Assembly (NCBI GenBank): GCA_002269645.1
Contig: NIVC01001376.1
Coordinates: 1 to 64,000, forward strand
DNA length: 64,000 nucleotides
Direction: 5' to 3'
Origin: Macrostomum lignano
Lineage: Eukaryota
Every line of letters begins with the position of its first letter. Within the stretch, counting starts at the first letter, position 1. The position numbers and the translations under genes were made by a program. Below the pieces are notes generated by a model, which was not told the origin of the DNA, ran no database searches, and was given only the letters and a program-made list of their open reading frames with translations. Positions 24,601-33,219 of this stretch are shown here, piece by piece.

Positions 24601-26784
24601 GAGTCCAACCTGCGCCAGATAAGGTCGAGCTGTTCGGCCGTAAGAGGCGTCTCCTGGCCTTGAATAACCAGGGCCGGCTGCCTCTTGGCCATAGCCGCGT
24701 AGGTGCGCTTCGGCTTGGTGGTTTGGCCAGCACCCCCCGCTTTGGATCCCTCCACAGCCGTGGGAGCTTCCACACGGGCAGAGGTCCCGCCACGGGAGGG
24801 GCCAGCCGCACCAGGAGCTTCGGCGGCATCTGATGCATCTGACCGGCGCGCGGGGTCCACCCCCTTGTCGGATGTCGACTCCTCCGCGGGGTTCGCAGAG
24901 ATACCGGCACCCTCCTCGGAGGTGGCCGGAGGGGAGGCTTTCGCATTCCTCCGTTCCTCTGCTTTGCGCTGGAGAAAAGCTTTGTAGCGAGCAATGCTAC
25001 GGGCCTTCTTTTTTGAAATCTGAGGTCCGCTGTCCTGTTGTCCAGCCGCTCCGGCATTGTCCTGAGCGGCGGCAGGGGCTGACTGAGAGGCACCGGGGGT
25101 TCCGGTGTTGCGAATGTCCGGCTGGGCCGCGGTGCCAACCTCGGTTGGTGCTCCAGCAGCCTCGGACGTGATGGATGTAAGTGAATACTCCATGAGTCGC
25201 TGAAAGGCGAATGGGGACTAGAGGTGAGAAGCTGCTGGGCCGTAACCCCAAACCCACCAGCCAGGCCAAGAGGTAGCGACCGGGGGGTGGCTTAAGCCCG
25301 TACCGGCCCGACCGCTATCAACCGAGAAACTCCCCGGCTAAGAGCCCGGCTTGGAAAAACCAGAGGCCGAACCAAAGGACCATCAGCGCGGTACTACACT
25401 GGGCCCTTGAGGGAAGCAGGAGGACTGCCTCCGGAGCCTGCGGAGCCTGCGGACTGGCCGCATACCCTGTTAAGGTCAGAGGTTGATACCTGTTCCTCAG
25501 AGCCGTGGCCAGAGGTACCTGACACGCACAGGTTCACTTCCGGGCGGAGCCCGTACCCAACTTGGCCAACAGGCCACGGATGGGTTGCCGTCGCCGGAGC
25601 CCAGTCAGTCCAGCAGCCCTAGAGCTGCCTTGAACACATGCGGGGCGTGAACCCCTGGGTCGGTTTGCGAGTCAGCTTGGAGAGAGTTCTCCTGCCATTC
25701 CTGCACCAGAATAGAGGGGGTGCAGGTGTGTAGGATCGCAGACCTTAGCTCGTAGGCCTGGTCTGTCTCATGCTATACAGGCGTGCTGAACCCACCTTGC
25801 ATGCTGCTAAATCATTTGGTTTTCAAATAAATTTCGACCCTGAAGATGTCCAATAGTTGGACGAAATGCATCGGAATTTCAAATAAATATAACTAACACT
25901 TCATGTTGATATTGAATTTAATTATCTATACTCTATTAAGCGAGCCACTTTACCTGATTTCTAGTCTGTGAAATTTCTAGTCCCTTGCTGCATAGTTAAA
26001 TCTAATTTCACAAGCTTGTTGTTACAATTAAACCATAGGCTCAAAATCACTGATAAAAAACAAGCAAAATTCTATACAGCCTTGAGACTTGAATAAGCCG
26101 TATATCTCCTACAATTATGGAATATTGATGAAGAATTTGTTAATTGTACCAACGGTATCTTCATCGAAAAGATTTCTAGCTCGATACTACAACTAATAAG
26201 TTATTTTTATCGATCCTTGTCGGTCTCTAGCACTGCATTTCTATGAAAAATCCTTCCTTCTGCTTCAGCTGTCCATGACTCTACTACTCTCCATGTTTGA
26301 TATTTCAGGCGCCGCCGGTTCTGGAGGAACATCCGGTACGGCTTCGATACCCGGTGACACTCCATACTACGGCTACGGAGGAGCGAATGGCCAGCCCGGA
26401 TCCAACAACCCCGCTGGAAGGAAAACAGGCTCTTACGTCGGTGGCTGCGGCGCCGGGTGGCTGGGAAAGGCAGCAAACCCACCAAGTAACATGTACGATG
26501 GAGGTCGAGGCGGCAGTCTGGCTGATGGCTGGATTTGTGACAGCGCTGGGACTGCTGGCGGCTTCGGTGGCGGAGGCGGAGGAGCTAATTACCCGGTGAC
26601 GAGTCTCAACGCCGGTGGCGGTGGCGGTGGCTACAGCGGCGGCGGTGCCGGCGTCGCTGGCAATCACGGCGGCGGAGGCGGCGGCTCCTTCTGTGGCGGC
26701 AGCGGCTGCGCCGCCACCAGCGGCGGCAACACTGGCAGCGACCAGGGCTTCGTCAAGGTGTGGCCGATTGATCAATGCAATTAG
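12606..26784 (+). CDS. Secreted PAN/apple + ALK/LTK-like glycine-rich-domain protein, copy 2 (exons 12606-12645, 12724-13050, 13236-13562, 26309-26784)
   Basis: Same 4-exon phase-1 architecture. Signal [19 protein letters not shown]. Exon 3 ends ACYTTNG|gtaat and no exon 4 follows nearby. The orphan exon after tatttcag at 26309 (GAAGSGG...[12 protein letters not shown]) is in the right phase and orientation. No stops or frameshifts in the joined CDS. The 12.7-kb join is inferred. Confidence 0.78.
13789..13974. mobile_element. MITE with ~72-bp imperfect terminal inverted repeats (GGGCC ends, PIF/Harbinger-like)
   Basis: gggcctgtcaacttaagcttataaagtgg...cattctgctc is mirrored by gagcagaatg...agcttaagttgagaggccc with about 8 mismatches. 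No clear TSD. Confidence 0.7.
14335..14625. repeat. Low-complexity GT-rich tandem repeat (tagtttgcagttgg-type modules)
   Basis: Repeated agtttgcagttggtagtttgtagattgttgtttgc units and degenerate variants. Confidence 0.75.
15217..16349. mobile_element. Solo LTR (1133 bp) inserted in the Penelope RT
   Basis: Starts TGTGATAG and ends CTGTCTCA (TG...CA with imperfect terminal IR). Flanked by TTAA at 15213-15216 and 16350-16353. Removing it restores the RT frame ([18 protein letters not shown]). Confidence 0.75.
16503..17990 (+). repeat. 48-bp tandem array, 31 near-identical copies, derived from Penelope RT coding sequence
   Basis: Unit cttagatt(t/c)gatgccctgtgccctagacaatggaaggttggattggtt encodes [16 protein letters not shown]. 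1488/48 = 31. Flanked in frame by [10 protein letters not shown] and RCSLHRAF. Confidence 0.95.
18643..18816 (+). mobile_element. 5'-truncated SINE family B copy with A-rich tail and 14-bp TSD
   Basis: TSD aactcgcgatgggt at 18629-18642 and 18817-18830, tail ctctaataaaaa. Matches the 3' half of 10908-11278. Confidence 0.85.
19983..23725 (-). pseudogene. LINE ORF2: AP endonuclease, reverse transcriptase, RNase H, CCHC finger (frameshifted)
   Basis: [32 protein letters not shown]; RT motifs [59 protein letters not shown]; RNase [31 protein letters not shown]; SGHG...CPFC...AEHFIFEC. Confidence 0.92.
23722..25193 (-). pseudogene. LINE ORF1 (gag-like, DUF4780-like segment), frameshifted near the C-terminus
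   Basis: 353-aa ORF 24132..25193 has a low-complexity N-terminus and [13 protein letters not shown]...GLMQIQLF, which resembles LOA ORF1 proteins. It continues in other frames to ~23722. Confidence 0.6.
25838..25876 (+). ncRNA. Minimal type I hammerhead-ribozyme-like motif (degenerate stem I)
   Basis: cc-CTGAAGA-t-gtccaa(tag)ttggac-GAAA-tgca-TC-gg: core CUGANGA/GAAA/UH with a 6-bp stem II and a palindromic short stem III. Stem I is only ~2 bp. Confidence 0.4.
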
Positions 26785-27651
26785 TGGGGCTTTTTGGGAG
26801 AAAAGCTAAAATGATGGCGTATCGAAGGAAACTGGAAGCGAAAATTGCCAAAGCCCTTATAACAAATCATTTTAAAAAGTTTTTTTGTTAATTTATTTAT
26901 AAAATCTCTTTTCGAAGTTATGCAAGATTTTTGTGGCAGAGTCAACGGAAGTTTGAATTACGCTTTTTCTGTTTTTGAATTTTAATTTTACAATCGTTTT
27001 AAGGAAATTTTTACAAACTAAGCCAAAATTATCATTATTTAACTTTTCTCTGCCTCCAATTTCACTCGCATGCCCTATTGAATGCTGTAGTGTTCGTTGT
27101 CGCCAGAATATTTATATTTTTTTATTCAAAAGGCACCTTTGGCTTTTGCCATTGTTTGTTATAATCGATTTTTTTATTGAAAAAAAGCTTTTTATTTGAC
27201 AATAGTAGTCCACATATACTTAATTTTCTCTGGTGATAATTTATCTTGTTTATGAAGTTATTTTTCTCAAATGCCGGCACGTCAATCAATGCTTTTCTTT
27301 TGTACCAGATTCTTAATCTTTATTTTGTTACTCAAGTCCAGCTTATTCTTTTTGTTTATTTCTTCTAAACTAAACTTATTGCTTAACTTTTCAACCGGCC
27401 GTATTTATCCGCTACGACGCGTCTATTTTAATTGAAACAGTTGAAACTCACTACCCGAATATACGAAATATACTACTACCCTTGTCCACGTAGTTTTGCA
27501 CATTTTTTAATGAAGCACTATCAGCTAGCTACTCAGATACCTATAATGTGCCCGTTGTTTAGTTTTGGAAGTGCAGCGGATAAAGTGAGGTACAAATAAC
27601 ATGCAAGATTGGATCAGCTGATAGACATCGATGCAGTCTGCTGGACGCGAT

Positions 27652-27970
27652 AATAATAATAATAATAATTGTTTGCACCTACCCCAATTGGGCCAGATGT
27701 GCAACCGACAGCTCAGCCGCAGCTATTTGCACGGCGCATCTGAAGGCTGCGCACGGCTGTTCAGTCCAAGGACTGGGGGGGGGGGGGGGTCGCCACACAC
27801 CCTGAATTACCACAGCCAATGCTGGCACCCATTTTACAGCTGGGTGAACTGAAGCAGTGTAGAGTAAATTGTCTTGCTTAAGGACACAAATTGTTCCAGT
27901 GTGATCGGGAATCGAACCCCCGACCTTCAAGTCGTACGTGAGTCCGATGCTCTAACGACTGGGCTACACC
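27652..27970 (-). mobile_element. tRNA-derived SINE family A, full length, (ATT)n tail
   Basis: A box tggtgtagcccagtcgttag, B box ggttcgattcc, CORE-like tgtgtccttaagcaagac...ttcagttcacccagctgtaaaatgggt, and a tail. 7-bp TSD acgcgat at 27645-27651 and 27971-27977. Confidence 0.8.
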
Positions 27971-27979
27971 ACGCGATGC

Positions 27980-29435
27980 AACCTGCTCTAGAATGAGATA
28001 GAGCTGATAGACACGATACAACCTCAACCTGGTTAGACACGATGGAACCTGTTAGACACAATGCAACCTGTTAGACACAATGCAACCTATTAGACAATGC
28101 GATTCCTATTAGACACAATGCAACCTGTTAGACACAATGCAACCTATTAGACACAATGCAATTCCTATTAGACACAATGCAACCTATTAGACACAATGCA
28201 ACCTATTAAGGCCCGCCCTTCGCATCGGCCGAGTTCAGCAGCTTCCTGGCGGATCAGGGCGCCCGGCACCATCGAATCACGCCTCTACCCTCAGGCTAAC
28301 GGCGCAACGGAGCGGTGCAACCAGGGGCTGAACAAGGCCATTCGCGCGGCGGTCCTCGAAGTTCGGGACTGGACGCTGGCCTTGGACGAATACCTGAGTA
28401 CCTGGCAGCGTACAGGCGCACTCCACACTGCGCCACAGGCGTCGCACCGGCTAGTCTGCTATTTGGCAGGCAAATCAACAATGTAATCCCGAGCCTCCAA
28501 CACTCGCAGCCCATCGACGCGACAAGAGCGGCCATCGCCGACCGCGACCGCCAGGCCAAAGAGGAGATGAAGCGGCTCACCGACCGACGCTCCAGGGCAG
28601 CAGAGCACGCCATCCGTCCAAGCGACCGCGTTCTGAGGCGTCTGCAATCCCGGCAGAAGACCGACTCCTTCTACGAGCCAGTGCCATGGACCGTGGCCGA
28701 GGTCCAGGGACCGTGGACTCCCTGCTCATGCAGCGTGACGACTTCGTCTGCCGCAGGCATGCCACGCAGGTCAAGCGGCTGTCCGAGCAGCCTAAGTAGT
28801 CCGATGAGCAGCCGCTCCAGCCGCCTGGCCTCCCTGAGCCCATGGAGCCAATCGCCGCCCGGCCGTATCCCCGGCAAGCAGAGGACCCGGAGAGGAACTA
28901 CAAAGAACCTGACCTGCGCAGAAGCTGATCGACTCTTAAATGGACTGCACATGCACGAACTGTTAGTCACTTTTTATGGTTCCCTTTGTGTTTCCCCCGT
29001 TACTTTTAATCCATTCGAGGAGGAATGTAATGCCACTCTGGCCAGTGCTAGCTTGTAAATTGTATTAGCAAGTACATGTTGCTACTCAAATTATGTACGT
29101 AAGGCACGCGGCTCTTGTGCACGTTGCAATCGGATCGCTTCCAAATATATAAATATTGTCCCACCCTACTAGGAGGGTTAAGGCCTTTTTCTCGCACGCC
29201 ACAAACACAGCTGACTCCAGAGTCATTACAGACACAATGCGACCTAGACACAATGCGACCTAGACACAATGCGACCTAGACACAATGCGACCTAGACACA
29301 ATGCGACCTAGACACAATAGAACCTGTTAGACACAATGTAACCTGTTAGACACAATACAACATGTTAGACACAATGCAACCTGTTAGACACAATGCAACC
29401 TGTTAGACACAATGCAACCTGTTAGACACGATGCG
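27980..29435. repeat. 19-bp minisatellite (tgttagacacaatgcaacc) in two blocks, 27980-28208 and 29231-29435
   Basis: Tandem units on both sides of the Gypsy fragment. A 16-bp variant (tagacacaatgcgacc) adjoins the LTR. Confidence 0.9.
28209..29230 (+). mobile_element. Ty3/Gypsy retrotransposon 3' fragment: integrase core, PPT and 3' LTR
   Basis: PFASAEFSSFL...HHRITPLYPQANGATERCNQGL, YRRTPHCATGVAPASLLFGR and SDRVL. PPT gaggaggaa at 29017-29025. LTR 29026-29230 is bounded by TGTAATG...CATTACA. Confidence 0.88.
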
Positions 29436-30372
29436 ATAGATTTTTTGGAGCAGTCGTGGCAGTTAGGTACGATGGCTGACAACCAGGAAAGGGGACCTCA
29501 AGCAGCTCAAGGAAGGAACTGGAGTAGCCTCCTCTTGGCGGGTCATGATACAAACTAAGATCCTGCTTGCTTCTAGCTATCAATATTTGCTTCTAATAGC
29601 TACTGCTGTACAGAATAAAATACCGTATATTTGTTAAAAATCGTCGAATATTCTAGATAAAAACTTTTAAAAAGCTCGTATACGCCAAGCACTAAGCCAA
29701 AATCAAACTTTCTTCACTGACTAACCAAACATCTAAAAGCCTTACGGATTATGAAATCCATCATCCTCCTCTCTACACAGCTAATTTATTTCGTACCCTA
29801 CTAAGTTTTCAGTTGCTCCCACTCAGATAGATTTTCGAAGATAACAGATGAATCGACTTGTTTAATATTTTTTACAGTGTTTCTGAAGTAAATATTAAAA
29901 ATTAAAAGAAAAGTTTTAAATTTTATTAGAAAACAATTATTGGAAATAAGACGCGAAACAGGAATAAAAACAAAGAATAGAAAACTGAAATTTATGTTGT
30001 GACTGAGTTCTAGGACAGGTTTCCGCACAAAGATTGATTATAAATAAACATTTTTAATTCGCAAATAGCACTACAGAAATATTCGCGTTTATAATTGCGT
30101 AAATTGATCTTTTGAAAACACAATTTCAGAAAAAGAAAAGAGAATAAAAATTTAAAATAAACACAAATATTTGCAATCAACAAATTTAGTGAAACGAGTG
30201 CTACAGTACATGAATAGATTGATGGATAGTCCGAATTTAATAGGCAGGTCATACATTGTGAAAGTAAGAAAGTTCTCGAATGCCTAAACTCTTGCCAATT
30301 AATTTTGCAAACTGAAATTGGTCTCTGCTGAAAATCTTCTACTGAATCGACGAAAATTAAGTCGTAAAATTT

Positions 30373-33219
30373 TCAGCCACAAGTCGGAATCGACTGCACC
30401 TTGACGAAGCCCTGATCGCTGCCGGTGTTGCCACCGCTGGTGGCAGCGCAGCCGCTGCCGCCGCAGAAGGAGCCGCCGCCTCCGCCACCGTGGTCGCCAG
30501 CAGTGCCAGCGCCGCCGCCGCTGTAGCCGCCGCCGCCGCCTCCGCTATTATCATCTTTTAAATCTTTGCCCCCACCGCCTCCACCGCCGCCGAAGCCGCC
30601 AGCACCGGCGCCGCCTTCATCGGCTGGGGCGCCGCCCAACCAGCCGTCCGCAAAGCTGCCGCCCCGGTCTCCATCAGTCGTTAAGTTTCTGGCGTTGACA
30701 GCCTTGCCCAGCCAGCCGGCTCCGCAGCCTCCAATAGCATCGTCGTCTTTCCTCATAGAGGGATTGTTGGACCCGGGCTGACCATTCGCTCCGCCGTAGC
30801 CGAAGTACGACTCGGCCCCGCCAAACGAATTCGTCCCGTTCACTTGAGCTGCCCCGTCAGCTCCTGTAGGCAACAATTACATTTGCACTTGCAAAACATT
30901 TTTACAACCGAACTGAAAATTAATTTTACTGAGTCTGTTATATAAAGACCAGGCTAGTGAAAAGCACAACAACCTGTAACCGTACAAAGATGACTTTATC
31001 TCTATGCGTTTGCTTAAGTTTGCTATCTTCATTTAAACGTTTTTTGAAGATCTATCGAAGTTAGTACTATCGGTAAGATCGAACCAGAATCCGACTATTC
31101 AAACATCCTGGACAACTGAGGCCATGCAGTTCTGGCTCCAAAATTAATTACCACTTTGTGGCAATATTTTAAATTCAACATTTAACCCGCTTAAAGTCTT
31201 GATGATTTTACCGTCTTTTCTGTGGCAGCCACCGCCGCCTCCGCCAGCAGCTAGCAGCAGCAGCGGGTTGCCTGAGGCGTTGACAGTGTACACGAAGCTG
31301 CCTCCGCCGCCACCTCCGCCGCCTTTATCGCTAGCGGGGCCGCCCTGCTGTCCGACAACAATGGTCAGCAGGGTGCCTGCAGTCAGGCTGAAGTTGCCTG
31401 CCATGACTGCTCCGCGACCGCTCGGTTTTCCGGTTCCAGGACTCCCGCTGGCACCAGCAGCTTCAATCCGGTAGCAGTGGGTGGTGTCGATCAGCAGCTG
31501 CTGGATGGTGCCGTTTCTACCGGTGCTGGAGTCTGGAAGATGGAGTTTAGCAGCATCCGTAAGCTATAGCCTGACTTGAGCAGGTCAAAGGTTTCATGGA
31601 AAAAGTTTTGCTAAACGAGCGATGAAAGCTGTCAATGTACCATGTTCCTATCATTGCAGTTGTCTAACAACTAACTCGTACTTTGGCGCCCCTTGGTGCT
31701 GGCGCCCCTTGGTGCTGGCGCCCCTTTGTGCTGGCGCCCCTTGGTGCTGGCGCCCCTTGGTGCTAAACCCCTTTGGTGCTAAAGCCCAGGGGCGTAGCCA
31801 GGAATTTTGATGGGGGGGGGGCGTGAGTTAGAGGGCGCCTGCTTCTTATAGGGGGGCGCCAGTTTCTTTTAGGGGGGCGCCAGTTTCTTTTAGGGGGGGG
31901 CGCCAGTTTCTTATAGGGGGGGGGGGCGCCAGTTTCTTTTAGGGGGGGGCACCAGTTTCTTTTAGGAGGGGCCGGGGCACCAGTTTCTTTTAGGAGGGGC
32001 CGGGGGCACCAGTTTCTTTTAGGGGGGGGGGCGCCAGTTTCTTATAGGGGGGGCGCCAATTTCTTTTAGGAGGGGCCGGGGCACCAGTTTCTTTTAGGGG
32101 GGGGGCGCCAGTTTCTTATAGGGGGGGGCGCCAGTTTCTTTTAGGAGGGGGGCGCCAGTTTCTTTTAGGGGGGGGCGCCAGTTTCTTTTAGGGGGGGGCG
32201 CCAGTTTCTTTTAGGGGGGGGCGCCAGTTTCTTATAGGGAGGGGGGCGCCAGTTTCTTTTAGGGGGGGGGGCGCCAAGGCCAGAGTTGGTGATTGGGGGT
32301 GGCACGGCCCCCCTTGCCCCCCTCTGGCTACGCCCCTGCTAAAGCCCCCTGGTGCTAAAGCCCCCTGGTGCTAAAACCCCCTGGTGCTAAAGCCCCTTAG
32401 TACTAAAGCCCCTTGGTGCTGGCGCCTTTAGTAGAACCCAAAAGTAGCACCCAAACACGGTGCCCACAAGATGGTCGCTGCATGTCGCTAAATGCTAATG
32501 CCCAATAAAAAATCCTTTGCAGTTTTTAGGAAAAAGTGAGTGACTATAGAGTCCAATGTAATATTTCTAGATCCTAAAGAAGCTTTGAACACAGAAATTT
32601 AGAAAGATAGTATCATTATTATTTTTTAGTTTTTTTCACTGAAGACTAGAATTTTTTCAATTTCAATTTCTATTAAATGCTCGTTTAAAGATTAACAAAG
32701 ACGCTTACTGAAAAACTCTCTGCTGAAGTTCAGGTTAACCATTGCCGATGTGGTTGGCGGGTCTGCTGTTGTTGATGTTATTTCGGGCGGCGAAGTAGTT
32801 ACCGTTGTTGTAGTTGTTGCTTGTTGGGTATCGAACGTCCACACCTTGGCCCCGGCCTCCGAGCCCAGCAGTCTCTGCACGCGACTCCCGGCCGAGTGAC
32901 CTTCGTACACCATGGCCATCTGGCAGAGCCCGATGCTCTCGTGAGCCACCGCCACTGAGCAGCCCTCCGCGTGGCACTTAGCCGCGCAGTCAATGCTGGA
33001 GGTGATGCCAGTGACATTGAAAACCTCGCTACTCACCGAGTTGTCAATGACAAACGGCCCGGCTACCAGTTTGAAGAATTTGCTTTGTGTCGAATTGCAT
33101 GTTGCTGGAAAAGTTTTCAACTATGAATAAAGTAACGTGCTTAAAATTTTAAGCGATTATTAATTCGAGAGATACCTACCGAAAATTAGACAAAAAGCGA
33201 AGGCTCTTGGCAAAATCAT
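30373..33219 (-). CDS. Secreted PAN/apple + Thr-rich linker + ALK/LTK-like glycine-rich-domain protein, copy 3 (exons 33219-33180, 33104-32709, 31532-31212, 30863-30373)
   Basis: Intact frame with phase-1 GT-AG introns; exon lengths 40, 396, 321 and 491 nt. Signal MILPRAFAFCLIFATC; [26 protein letters not shown]; linker QATTTTTVTTSPPEITSTT; same GRD motifs; ends GFVKVQSIPTCG*. Confidence 0.88.
31787..32338. mobile_element. hAT-type MITE carrying a G-rich tandem repeat, in intron 2 of copy 3
   Basis: Perfect 15-bp TIRs caggggcgtagccag / ctggctacgcccctg and 8-bp direct repeat ctaaagcc at 31779-31786 and 32339-32346. Interior is ~21-25-bp ggggggcgccagtttcttttag units. The host site is itself a short tandem repeat. 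Confidence 0.75.

Larger units (their letters stand above)
19885..25808 (-). mobile_element. Full-length non-LTR retrotransposon, LOA/I group (ORF1; APE-RT-RNase H-CCHC ORF2), 5.9 kb
   Basis: 10-bp TSD aaatcatttg at 19875-19884 and 25809-25818; (TAAG)-like 3' tail near 19885-19903; ~600-bp 5' UTR. Both ORFs carry frameshifts. Confidence 0.93.

Noticed and set aside
20172-25171. Numerous plus-strand ORFs over the LINE
   Set aside because: Antisense shadows of GC-rich ORF1/ORF2 with no independent motifs.
27900-27970. tRNA gene (also 8020-8080 and 11215-11278)
   Set aside because: A/B boxes are present but there is no complete cloverleaf; each continues into a SINE body and tail.
9111-33219. 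Calling these genes ALK/LTK, or bacterial PE-PGRS / horizontally acquired genes
   Set aside because: No TM, kinase, MAM or LDLa segments, so no ALK symbol is assigned. Spliceosomal introns and a PAN exon argue against a bacterial origin or contamination.
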